Shown here: positions 52,852-62,096 of the stretch, piece by piece
Layout: every line of letters starts with the position of its first letter
How positions within the stretch are numbered: the first letter of the stretch is position 1
Notes under the pieces: generated by a model
The model's input: only the letters and a program-made list of their open reading frames with translations
Told to the model about the DNA's origin: nothing
Database searches by the model: none
Source: a bacterium
Lineage (GTDB): Bacteria > UBA8248 > JACPRG01 > G963555815
DNA length: 64,000 bases
Reading direction: 5' to 3'
Assembly: GCA_965218795.1 (NCBI GenBank)
Contig: OZ244653.1
Coordinates: 928,001-992,000 of the forward strand
Position numbers and translations under genes: made by a program

Positions 52852-54258
52852 TCAGGAACGCCCGCCGAACCCCTCGGCGGGACGCGTGAAACTCTCCAAT
52901 TCCAGATCCTCGACACCGGGGATCCGCGCCCTTCCGGGAAAGGAATCCTCATATCCCACGGGAACCGTCGCATCGATGCCGATCTTCGTCACCATGCCGT
53001 CCCGTTGGAGGCGCGTGATGGTGTAGGTCATCGGGTCCAGACGATTCCCCCGGGCGCCGGGGATGATCATGATGTCCCGATCCGGCACCACACGGGTCGA
53101 GAGCGCCCAGAGCACTTCGTCCTCGTCGAAAATATCCACGTCGTTGTCGAAGACGAACGCGCCCTTGATGTAGGGCGTGCGGGTCAGTGCGGCCATCAGA
53201 ACGTTCTTGGCATCCCCCTCGTTCAGCTTTTCCATCTGGATGTACGCATGGTAGAGGACGCCCGACAGGGGGGCGTGAACCGCCCGGACGCTCGGCATGA
53301 TCCTGCGAAGCTCGCGCAGCAGGTGTCCCTCGTTCGGAACGAGTGTGGCCGTCACATGCTCGATGTACTGACCGACGTCGTGATAGATGGCGTCCTTCCG
53401 ATGGGTGATGGCCGTGACTTCGATCTCCGGGGCTTCGACGATCTGCCCGTAGTACCGGTGATACTCGCCGAACGGCCCTTCGGTCTGGCGCACGTGCGGC
53501 AGGATCTTTCCTTCGATCACGATCTCGGCGTAGGCCGGGACTTCCAGGTCCACCGTCTCGCACTTGACCAGCTCCAGGGGCTCGCCCAGCAGTCCCCCGG
53601 CCACCTCATACTCATCGGTCCCGCTCTTCCGGGCGACCTGGGTCTGCGAGGCCACGTAAAACGCCGGGTGCATCCCCAGGACGATGGCGCAATCCAGCGG
53701 CTCGTCCCTGGCCTCGGCCTTCCGGTGAATGTACTGGAGCCGTTTTCCCCAGCTGTAATACACGCCCAGCTTGTTGCGGCCGGCCTTCTTGTGGCGATAG
53801 ATCCCCAGATTGGACGATTTCGTATCCGGGTCCTTGGTGACCATAACGCCCATCGTGATGTACGGAGCGTCGTTGTGCTCGTGATGGACCAGGATGGGCA
53901 GGTGATTCAGATCGACCTCGTCTCCCCGGTAGATCACGTCCTTGACGGGCCCCGTCTCAACGAGCCTGGGCGGGACTTGGCGGAGCTCCCGCTCGCCGAT
54001 GACCTCGGCGATCCTGTCCTCGGTCGTATCCAGGGCGATGGCGAACTTCTTGCGGTTGGAGACCACATTGGCGATGACGGGGAACTCGAAGCCTTTGACG
54101 CGGTCGAACAGGACGGCCGGATACATCCCCTCACGATCCATCTTCGTGATGACGGCAATGGGCTCCCACTCGTGCGAGACCTCTCGGCTGACCCGGCGAA
54201 TCTGCTCGGGCGCCACGCGGAAAAGCTCTTTCAAGTAGCTGCGAAGGTCTTTCGGCAT
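52852..54258 (-). CDS. UbiD family decarboxylase (first paralogue)
   Basis: HNDAPYIT, NLGIYRH, EGPFGEY and GIDAT motifs. Confidence 0.9.
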   Translation of the reverse strand: MPKDLRSYLKELFRVAPEQIRRVSREVSHEWEPIAVITKMDREGMYPAVLFDRVKGFEFPVIANVVSNRKKFAIALDTTEDRIAEVIGERELRQVPPRLVETGPVKDVIYRGDEVDLNHLPILVHHEHNDAPYITMGVMVTKDPDTKSSNLGIYRHKKAGRNKLGVYYSWGKRLQYIHRKAEARDEPLDCAIVLGMHPAFYVASQTQVARKSGTDEYEVAGGLLGEPLELVKCETVDLEVPAYAEIVIEGKILPHVRQTEGPFGEYHRYYGQIVEAPEIEVTAITHRKDAIYHDVGQYIEHVTATLVPNEGHLLRELRRIMPSVRAVHAPLSGVLYHAYIQMEKLNEGDAKNVLMAALTRTPYIKGAFVFDNDVDIFDEDEVLWALSTRVVPDRDIMIIPGARGNRLDPMTYTITRLQRDGMVTKIGIDATVPVGYEDSFPGRARIPGVEDLELESFTRPAEGFGGRS

Positions 54259-54612
54259 GACCGAAGACTGCTCCCCTGGTTTCGTCGATCATCCGGTGAA
54301 TGCCGTCCGGAGGCATTATCCGTCATTCGAACATTTGCCGCAATGCGGAAGCCCGCGATCACGGTGTTGGGCGTCCGGCGTGAACTTTCCGCCGGGTTGA
54401 TGAGTTGTATCGAGTTGGAAGGACGGGGGATACCGTCTTCCGGTGGAATCGTCAATGCGGCGGATTTCGACATTGCGGCGATTCACTCCCTCGGGCTAAA
54501 GTAATCGGGAGGAGACTGACCTGAGTTCGACACGCGGTTAGACGGAATGGCGGCTTTTTCGGCGCCTTTTTTCCGCTGGGGAGTTCCGGAGAGGCCGATG
54601 GGAGAAGCCAGG

Positions 54613-54975
54613 GTGAGAACGATCACGGGGATCCTGTTCAGCGCGATGATTCTCTCGGCTTCCTTGTTCGGGGAGAGCGCGTTTGCCGCGGGGAACGCCA
54701 AGGCCGGCAGGGTCAAATACCGGCAACTGTGCTCCGTCTGCCACGGCCAATCCGGCAAGGGTGACGGCGCCGCCGCCAAGGGATTTCCCGTCAAGCCGGC
54801 GGATCATACGAAGAAGTCGCAGATGAGCAGGCTGACGAACAAATACCTCGAAACCATCATCACCAAAGGTGGCCGAAGCGTAGGCAAGAGCCCCCTCATG
54901 CCGCCCTTCGGCAACCTGCTCAAACCGGCCGACGTGCGGAACTTGATCGCGTATATCCGGTCACTGGCGAGGTAG
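54613..54975 (+). CDS. Monoheme class I cytochrome c
   Basis: Signal peptide, CSVCH heme motif, distal Met in LMPPFG. Confidence 0.88.
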   Translation: MRTITGILFSAMILSASLFGESAFAAGNAKAGRVKYRQLCSVCHGQSGKGDGAAAKGFPVKPADHTKKSQMSRLTNKYLETIITKGGRSVGKSPLMPPFGNLLKPADVRNLIAYIRSLAR

Positions 54976-55152
54976 GTTATTCCCGGGAGCGCTATGGGAT
55001 AGCTCACAAAGATGATTGGGAAAGTCGGACCAGAGCAAGCAAACGCCTGGTTGTGAACCTGCCGGACGAATCCACGGGGTTTTTTCTGGAGCCGGACACC
55101 CTAACCTCTATGATTCGATTGACGGGCGGGGATGGATAGTCTCCGACTGAAA

Positions 55153-55199
55153 ACCCGCCCCTACAGCCGGACCATAGTCTTTCAAGTGTAGGGGCGGGT
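55153..55199. repeat. REP-like inverted pair ACCCGCCCCTACA / TGTAGGGGCGGGT
   Basis: Perfect 13-bp inverted repeat between convergent genes; GTAG-type REP signature. Confidence 0.55.
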
Positions 55200-55289
55200 C
55201 TCCGTTTCCGCCACTGGAAAGAACAGGGGCCAAGATTATAGAGGGCTCCATCGAATCGGAACCCTTCTGGAAAACAAAAAGCTTTTTGC

Positions 55290-56183
55290 TCAATCGTTTC
55301 GGCTTCCTCGAGAGCTATGTGAGATTTCCAGGCTAACGCAGCGTTTGTCTTCAATAGGCCTCACGGAATTCAGGCAAAGCCGTTTCCCGTCCTGCCTCTT
55401 GTGGGAATTTTCGCGCAACACCCTGTCCTGCAGGGCCGGGAATTCACTGCGGACTTCGGCGACGCGCGTCAGGTCCACGTCGGCTGTAAGGACCCCCTCC
55501 CGGTCATCCAGCGAGGCCACGGTCTCGCCCCACGGATCGACCGCCATGCTGTGGCCGCAATAACGTACGTCATCCTGCTCGCCGCAACTGTTGCACGAAA
55601 TCAAGAAACAGAGATTCTCAACCGCACGGGCGCGGTTAAACAGCTTCCAGTGCTCGAGCCTCGGATACGGCCATCCGGACGTGATCAGGAAGCATTCGGC
55701 CCCCATATCCAAAAGGACGCGGAAAAGCTCGGGGAACCGCAAATCGTAGCAGGTGGCCAGACCGAACTTCCCCACGGGGGTCTCGACGACGACCGGACCG
55801 TCACCCGCCGTCATCATCTCCTGCTCCTTGGATTGATAACCGAACAGATGGATTTTCCGATACGTGGCGAGGAGCTCCCCGGTCGGCGAGAGAAACACGG
55901 CCGTGTTGTGCAGACCCTGCTCCGAGCGCTCCACCCAGCTTCCCGCGAACAGGTGACATCCACGCTCCCGCGCGACCTCTTTCATCGCGGCCAGCGTGGA
56001 ACCCTGTTCCAGGTCTTCCGCATCCGGCTCCATCCTCCCGTAGGCGAATGCGCCCATTGTCCATAGCTCGGGCAGAAGGATCAGGTCCGCATCCCCTGTT
56101 CCACTGATCAACCCCTGGGCACGCCCGATCTGCTCTTCCTTCGACCGGTTCCCGGCGGCCAGCTGCACAGAAGCGATTTTCAT
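55290..56183 (-). CDS. Carbon-nitrogen hydrolase (nitrilase superfamily, omega-amidase/YafV-like)
   Basis: LPELW (Glu), YRKIHLF (Lys) and CYDLRFPE (Cys) triad; RAVEN motif. Confidence 0.9.
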   Translation of the reverse strand: MKIASVQLAAGNRSKEEQIGRAQGLISGTGDADLILLPELWTMGAFAYGRMEPDAEDLEQGSTLAAMKEVARERGCHLFAGSWVERSEQGLHNTAVFLSPTGELLATYRKIHLFGYQSKEQEMMTAGDGPVVVETPVGKFGLATCYDLRFPELFRVLLDMGAECFLITSGWPYPRLEHWKLFNRARAVENLCFLISCNSCGEQDDVRYCGHSMAVDPWGETVASLDDREGVLTADVDLTRVAEVRSEFPALQDRVLRENSHKRQDGKRLCLNSVRPIEDKRCVSLEISHSSRGSRND

Positions 56184-56287
56184 GAAATGGGTTCCCGTCC
56201 ACCGGCTCTTGCAGACACCTGAGATTCACTTTTTCAGCCATCATATATCTAATGTATTTATTCAATAAATATTACAGAATTATTTGA

Positions 56288-57130
56288 TTAGTTTGTACTT
56301 GATTCTTCCAAAAATTCCTCCATCTCGTAAGCCTCCTTATCCGGATAAAGCAGGAGGAAGCGGTCCCTGAATTTCTTGGATTGGCTGACCAGGATGTCCG
56401 CATGGGCCAGACAGCAGAGATGGAGCATCTCGTCATCGTCGCTCCGTTTGCGGTCTTCATATCTTATTTTGAACAGATATTGCTTCAAAAGAGGGATCCT
56501 CGCGAAGGTTCCGACCGCCGGACAGCGGACGATCTTGGTGTCCACCCTGCGGGCGATCTCTCCGGGCTTTTCCGCTCTGACGACGTCCCCCACCAACCTG
56601 CGGATGTAATCCCGCCGGTTTCCCTTCTCATAACGAACCAGAAAGGCGGAAAAGTCATCGATCCCCTCGGTATCGAAGGCCGATTCCTTGAACAGATGGT
56701 GCAGGACACGTCCAAACGCCTCCTGGCGGCTCATCCGCTCCCGGATATCCAACTCGCAGGAAACCTCGTACTTCCCTTCGGACAGGTCGGAAACCACCCT
56801 GCGCATCCGGTCCGCGTCCTCGTCCTCATAGTGCCACCAGAACCGGGGGATCATCTCCATCAGGGCCTGAATCTCATCCCGGATGATCCAGCCGAAGTGT
56901 TTCAGGATCCTGTCGGAGATGATCTTTCGGACGAGCTTGAACAGCTCGGCGCCCTCTCCCAAGTCACCGAACCGAAAAGCGCTGGTCAGGTCGATCAGCG
57001 CCGTGTCGTCGAAGGTCACTTCAATGTCGTCGTGCTCTTTGCTGGTCTTGTCTATCGACGTTCCGGCGGGTTCGATGTTTTCTTCCCGCAGATGTCTGTA
57101 TGCGCTGGCATCCAGATAAACAATTGGCAT
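56288..57130 (-). CDS. Hypothetical protein, possibly PIN-like fold
   Basis: N-terminal IVYLDASAY and C-terminal DDDE..H....HADILVS resemble PIN-domain ends; 15 bp downstream of the SAM hydrolase. Confidence 0.55.
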   Translation of the reverse strand: MPIVYLDASAYRHLREENIEPAGTSIDKTSKEHDDIEVTFDDTALIDLTSAFRFGDLGEGAELFKLVRKIISDRILKHFGWIIRDEIQALMEMIPRFWWHYEDEDADRMRRVVSDLSEGKYEVSCELDIRERMSRQEAFGRVLHHLFKESAFDTEGIDDFSAFLVRYEKGNRRDYIRRLVGDVVRAEKPGEIARRVDTKIVRCPAVGTFARIPLLKQYLFKIRYEDRKRSDDDEMLHLCCLAHADILVSQSKKFRDRFLLLYPDKEAYEMEEFLEESSTN

Positions 57131-57145
57131 ATTCGGCCCTTTCGC

Positions 57146-57967
57146 TCAGCTTCCAATCTCGATGGTGACATGTTCGTCCACTTTTGCATTCAAGGCATGA
57201 GCGGCATTTCCCGAAGGGACAAAGATCTCCAACAATCCCCATGCATTGAACAAAGCGCCCGGAGAGAAACCGCCGGCTTCCTCATAATACTCCGCCAGAT
57301 CGGCCACCTTGCGGTTCTTCAGGATCACGTGCGTCGATTGGACCTCACGGTTCTCCGAGGCCTTTTCGAAGGAATCCCGATCGACGTTCGTGACCAGATT
57401 TCCGAATCGGTCGACATACAGGATGATTCCATGTATTCGGGCGCGCCTTTCTTGCTCATCGATTTCCAAAAGAGGGACCGGCACGGAATGGGTTACGGCA
57501 TCCATGATTTCCGATCCCGCCTCGGACGGATTCCCGCCGGAGGCCAATCGGGCCGCCACGGGGGCGAAAACGTCCCGCCCGTGAAACGTGGCCGAGGGAT
57601 CATCCAGGCACCACCGGCGGTTTTCCACTTCGAAGACCCGGACATCTTCCTGCTCCAGAACGAACGTGAGGAGACCGTTATCCGGCCCGACGAAAAGGTT
57701 CTTTTCTCCGTCCTCAACGATCATCCACCGCCGGTCTCCACCCACTCCGGGATCGACAACGGCCAAGTGGACCGTCCCCTTTGGAAAATATGGATAGGCC
57801 GCCTTGAGAACCAATCCCCCGGTCCGGACATCTTGGGGCGGGATGTCGTGAGAGATGTCTACCACGCGGGCGTCGGCGCATATCCCGAGGATGACGCCCC
57901 TCATCGTCCCCACAAACCCGTCTGCCAGACCAAAATCCGTGGTGAGGGTGATAATCGGAGGGCTCAT
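57146..57967 (-). CDS. SAM hydroxide adenosyltransferase (DUF62, fluorinase/chlorinase family)
   Basis: ITLTTDFG, VVDPGVG..R, GPDNG, TFHGRD.FAP and D.FGNL.TN motifs. Confidence 0.9.
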   Translation of the reverse strand: MSPPIITLTTDFGLADGFVGTMRGVILGICADARVVDISHDIPPQDVRTGGLVLKAAYPYFPKGTVHLAVVDPGVGGDRRWMIVEDGEKNLFVGPDNGLLTFVLEQEDVRVFEVENRRWCLDDPSATFHGRDVFAPVAARLASGGNPSEAGSEIMDAVTHSVPVPLLEIDEQERRARIHGIILYVDRFGNLVTNVDRDSFEKASENREVQSTHVILKNRKVADLAEYYEEAGGFSPGALFNAWGLLEIFVPSGNAAHALNAKVDEHVTIEIGS

Positions 57968-59322
57968 ACCGCCACGGGAAGACGCAAGGGCGTACCGACA
58001 ACGTGATCGGACCGGAGCCGGTCCACGCGCACCGGTATCAGCTCATTCATCCAGGAATCCGGCCCGGAAGTCAGGACGCGGATGTAATTTCCGGTCAACC
58101 CTTGAAGGAGTCCGTCTTTCTTGTCCCTGTGATGTTCAATGAGTACTTCAACCTCCCGCCCCAGGTGCGATTCGAAGAATTCTCTCCGCTTCCTGTGGCC
58201 CAGCTCGCGGAGGATCCTCGCGCGATGCTTCCGGACCTCCGGTGAGACGCTCGAGGGCATCGACGTCGCCCGGGTATTCCTTCGGAGCGAATAGGGAAAA
58301 ACGTGGAGGTAGGTGATTGGAAGCCCCTCGATCAGCTCACAGGTGCGGCGAAAGGCCTCATCGGTTTCGGTCGGGAAGCCGGCGATGACGTCGGCGCCGA
58401 TTCCGGCCGAGGGAAAGGCCCGTTTCAGTGCCCGGATCCGCTCGGCGTAATAAACCGCATTGTAGGGCCGCCTCATTTCTTTCAGAACCGCGTCATCACC
58501 ACTTTGCAGCGGAATATGGAAGTGGGGACTGACGCAGCGGGTATCGAAGAGGGCCTCGACGAGCTCGTCCGGAATTTCCCAGGGATTGAGCGAGCTGATA
58601 CGAAGCCGTTCCAAGCCGCCAATCACTCCGAGCCTCCGAACGAGCTCGGCCAGATCGGTCGGAGATTCGTGGTCCCAACCATAACTCCCTAAATCGACGC
58701 CGGTCAGGACCACTTCCCGAAACCCGTTCGCGACCAAGTCCTCGACTTGGCGAACTGCGCCGTCAAGAGAAAGGCTCCGGCTGGGACCACGGGCCAGCGT
58801 AATGGCGCAGAAAGAGCAGCGGAAGCCGCACCCGTCCTGCACCTTGATGAAGGCGCGGGTATGTCTCGGAAAATTTTGAATCGGGACTTCGTCGAACCCC
58901 TCGACGTGGTCCATCTCATCGATCTCGACGACCGGATTTCCCAAAGGCCGCTTATTGAGCCCGTGAGAATCAAGGAAAGCGCCGATCCGTTCTGTGAGCC
59001 GAAGCTTTTCCCGGTTTCCCAGAACCAGATCCACGCCACGCAGGCCAACCGCCTCATCCGGGCTGGCCTGCGGATAACAGCCCGCAAGGACGACGAGCGC
59101 ATCACGGTTGGCCCGGACCGCTCTTCGGGCCAACTGACGGGAGCGATAATCGCTCTTGCCGGTCACCGTGCACGTATTGATCACGTAGATGTCCGCCGGA
59201 TTCTCGAAGGGGACCACCTCATAGCCTCCCTTCTCCAGGCCCTCGACCATTGACGCCGTCTCGGACTGGTTCATCCGGCAGCCCAGTGTGTCCAGACCCA
59301 CCCGAAGCGCTTCACGACTCAT
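57964..59322 (-). CDS. mtaB: tRNA t6A37 methylthiotransferase MtaB
   Basis: TLGC.MNQ.E, NTCTVT, KVQDGC...CSFC radical SAM motif, HVFPYS.R and C-terminal TRAM domain. Confidence 0.9.
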   Translation of the reverse strand: MSREALRVGLDTLGCRMNQSETASMVEGLEKGGYEVVPFENPADIYVINTCTVTGKSDYRSRQLARRAVRANRDALVVLAGCYPQASPDEAVGLRGVDLVLGNREKLRLTERIGAFLDSHGLNKRPLGNPVVEIDEMDHVEGFDEVPIQNFPRHTRAFIKVQDGCGFRCSFCAITLARGPSRSLSLDGAVRQVEDLVANGFREVVLTGVDLGSYGWDHESPTDLAELVRRLGVIGGLERLRISSLNPWEIPDELVEALFDTRCVSPHFHIPLQSGDDAVLKEMRRPYNAVYYAERIRALKRAFPSAGIGADVIAGFPTETDEAFRRTCELIEGLPITYLHVFPYSLRRNTRATSMPSSVSPEVRKHRARILRELGHRKRREFFESHLGREVEVLIEHHRDKKDGLLQGLTGNYIRVLTSGPDSWMNELIPVRVDRLRSDHVVGTPLRLPVAV

Positions 59323-59643
59323 TGACGGCCTACCTTATTCCATATCAAAGCCCGGGTCATCCGACTCGCGGGGCTCAATATGACAGAATCCCGCGCGTTC
59401 ACCTAAATTAATGCGAATGAACCGGAGGGACAAGCCCCATTCGCCGGAGGAAGGCCGGGGCGAATCCCGCGGACCTTTGAACTTGACTTCTCACCGCCCC
59501 ATTTGCTACTTTTACTCACTGGATTCACCCGAGGAAAGAGACCTTCGCTCTCCCCTCCTGTTTCGCGCAATCTGCCTTTGTTTGCAGTTGCCACTTTCCA
59601 ATCGGAATGCTCCGTACGCCGGATGGAGGTTACGGATTTGGTG

Positions 59644-60507
59644 ATGAGGCCATTTGAGTACACGTCCCCTGGGAGTTTGGAAGAGGCGCTTTCGGTGTTG
59701 TCGGTGGCGGATTCGGATTGGCACGTTTTGTCTGGTGGAACGAACCTGGTGGTGGAGTTGCGGGACCGTAAGAAGAGTCCTTCGGTGGTGGTGGACATCT
59801 GTTTTTTGGAGGACCTTCGGTACATTCGGGAGGAAGGAGAGAGGATACTCATTGGTGCCCGTGCGAGCGTGGAGGACCTGCTTCGCTCAGAGTTGATCCG
59901 GGAGCGGGCGGGTATTCTTCGGGAGTGCGCGCTGAACTTTGCGGGTCCTCCGATTCGGAACCGGGCGACGGTGGCGGGCAACGTCGTGGACGCCTCTCCG
60001 GCAGCGGACTGCGTGCCTCCTCTTCAGGCGCTGGACGCGGTGGCGGTTTTGCGGAGCGCGGGCGGGGAGCGTCGCGTGGGGCTTCAGGAGTTTGTGACGG
60101 GTGTTCGCGAGACGGTTCGTCGTCCGGACGAGTTGTTGGTGGAGCTTTCGTTTTCGGGTCTGGACGGTGAATCGGGCTACGGGTATTACAAGCTGGGCCG
60201 TCGCAAGGCGATGGCGATTTCCGTGGTGAGCGCGGCGGTGGTACTTCGGATGTCCGGGGGTCGTTGCCGTAGTGCGGGGATATCGCTGGGCGCGGCGTCT
60301 CCGGTCCCGATACGAGTGGGTGCGGCGGAGTCTTTGCTGAGTCAGGGTGGTTTTGTGTCAGATGCGTTGATCGAGGAGTGCGGTCGGTTGGCGGGTTCGG
60401 CCTCTTGTCCGATCGATGACATACGGGCCTCGGGGGAGTATCGCCGTTTGATGTGCGAGGTGCTGACGAAGCGTTTGCTTCGTCGAGCGCTGGGCCGGGA
60501 GGGTTGA
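59644..60507 (+). CDS. Mo-hydroxylase FAD-binding medium subunit (CoxM/XdhB-like)
   Basis: F.Y..P.SLEEAL, GGT.L, IRNRATVAGN..DASPAAD, KLGRRKA and PIDDIRAS.EYR motifs. Confidence 0.9.
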   Translation: MRPFEYTSPGSLEEALSVLSVADSDWHVLSGGTNLVVELRDRKKSPSVVVDICFLEDLRYIREEGERILIGARASVEDLLRSELIRERAGILRECALNFAGPPIRNRATVAGNVVDASPAADCVPPLQALDAVAVLRSAGGERRVGLQEFVTGVRETVRRPDELLVELSFSGLDGESGYGYYKLGRRKAMAISVVSAAVVLRMSGGRCRSAGISLGAASPVPIRVGAAESLLSQGGFVSDALIEECGRLAGSASCPIDDIRASGEYRRLMCEVLTKRLLRRALGREG

Positions 60508-60511
60508 GGGT

Positions 60512-60985
60512 ATGGATCGAGAGCGGACGGTCCGGTTTGAGTTGAACGGTGAGTTGGTGGAGCGGCGTTTTCGGGTGAACGAGTCGCTGTTGAACGCGCT
60601 TCGTTACGAGTTGGGCGCAACGGAGGTGAAGAACGGTTGCGAGAAGGGTGACTGCGGGGCCTGCGTGGTTCTGGTGGACGGTCGCGCGGAGAACACGTGC
60701 TGCATGCTGGCGGTGCAGGCGGCGGGCAAGGTGGTGGAGACGGTGAAGGGGATGGGGAGCGTGGAGTCGCTTCATCCTCTTCAGGAGTCGTTCATCGAGT
60801 TGGGTGCGATCCAGTGCGGTTTTTGTACGCCGGGGATGCTGTGCGCGGCGAAGGGACTGTTGTCGGAGTACCCGGCGGCGAGTCGGGACGAGATCAAGGT
60901 GGGGATATCGGGCAATCTGTGCCGCTGCACGGGGTATGTGAAGATCATCGACGCCATCGAGGCCGTCGTCCAGGGAAAGTATTGA
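60512..60985 (+). CDS. Mo-hydroxylase 2Fe-2S small subunit (CoxS/XdhC-like)
   Basis: GCEKGDCGAC, QCGFCTPG and NLCRCTGY motifs. Confidence 0.92.
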   Translation: MDRERTVRFELNGELVERRFRVNESLLNALRYELGATEVKNGCEKGDCGACVVLVDGRAENTCCMLAVQAAGKVVETVKGMGSVESLHPLQESFIELGAIQCGFCTPGMLCAAKGLLSEYPAASRDEIKVGISGNLCRCTGYVKIIDAIEAVVQGKY

Positions 60986-61204
60986 CGATGCCACAACGGA
61001 GGGATAATTAAACGAGTGGAATGAAGCTTGAGCGAACGCCCGCGCGCACAGGCGCGCCGGGCGTTTGTTATGAGTTCAACGTCTCGCGGGTCTTTTTCTC
61101 CGGAACCACGCGAAATCCTTCGATTCCGAATCCCAATGGTCCGGCGGACGGGCCTCCGATGGGGCGAATCGCCGACCTATAACTACCAACGAGAGTGCCT
61201 TCGG

Positions 61205-62092
61205 ATGTTCAAGACGATAGAAGACCTTCAGGAGCAGTTGCGAACAAAGAATTATATCGCGGACCGGCAACTCGCCACGACCATGTTCCTTTCCACGGAA
61301 ATGAGGAAGCCCATTTTCCTGGAAGGGGAAGCGGGTGTCGGAAAAACCGACGTGGCGAATGTGCTGGCCGATATCACGGGTTCCCAGCTCATTCGTCTCC
61401 AGTGCTATGAAGGTCTGGACGCCAACACGGCACTGTATGAATGGAACTACGCGAAACAGCTCCTTCGCATCAAGATGGAGGAAGCGACGGGGGGTTCGAG
61501 GCAGGTGCTGGAGGAGACCATCTTCAGCCCGGAATTTCTGGTTTCACGTCCCCTGCTCCAGGCCATCCAGGACAGCAACGACCAATCTCCCGTGCTCCTC
61601 ATTGACGAGGTGGACCGGAGCGACGAGGAGTTCGAGGCGTTCCTCCTGGAGATACTCGCGGATTTCCAGATCTCCATTCCGGAGATTGGCACCATTCGGG
61701 CGAAGCATAAACCTTACGTGATCCTCACATCCAACCGGACCCGCGACGTTCACGACGCCCTGAAGCGCCGTTGCCTGTACCTGTGGATCGATTATCCGAC
61801 GTTCGACAAAGAGCTGGAAATCGTTCAGGTCAAGATGCCCGGCATCGGCGAGTCGCTGGCGCGCCAAATCTGCAACTTCATGCAGGGGTTTCGCGAAGCC
61901 GACTTTTACAAGAAACCCGGAATCGCCGAAACGCTCGATTGGGCTACCGCCTTGGTGACCCTCCACAAAAACGATCTGGACACCGCTGCGGTCAACGACA
62001 CGCTGGGGGCGATCTTCAAGTATCAGGAAGACGTGATTCGCGCGAAGGAAGAAGCCGTCCCCATGCTGATGAGCCGTTACGCGGGGGAGTAA
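61205..62092 (+). CDS. MoxR-family AAA+ ATPase (CoxD-like)
   Basis: Walker A GEAGVGKT, RLQCYEGLD, Walker B LLIDEVD and ALKRRC motifs. Confidence 0.9.
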   Translation: MFKTIEDLQEQLRTKNYIADRQLATTMFLSTEMRKPIFLEGEAGVGKTDVANVLADITGSQLIRLQCYEGLDANTALYEWNYAKQLLRIKMEEATGGSRQVLEETIFSPEFLVSRPLLQAIQDSNDQSPVLLIDEVDRSDEEFEAFLLEILADFQISIPEIGTIRAKHKPYVILTSNRTRDVHDALKRRCLYLWIDYPTFDKELEIVQVKMPGIGESLARQICNFMQGFREADFYKKPGIAETLDWATALVTLHKNDLDTAAVNDTLGAIFKYQEDVIRAKEEAVPMLMSRYAGE

Positions 62093-62096
62093 GCCG

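Noticed and set aside
57146-57967. Possible fluorinase/chlorinase
   Set aside because: Has the TFHGRD and Asp-Arg-His signature of SAM hydroxide adenosyltransferases.
59849-60994. 381-aa Pro/Arg/His-rich antisense ORF
   Set aside because: By-product of the G/T-skewed codons on the coding strand.
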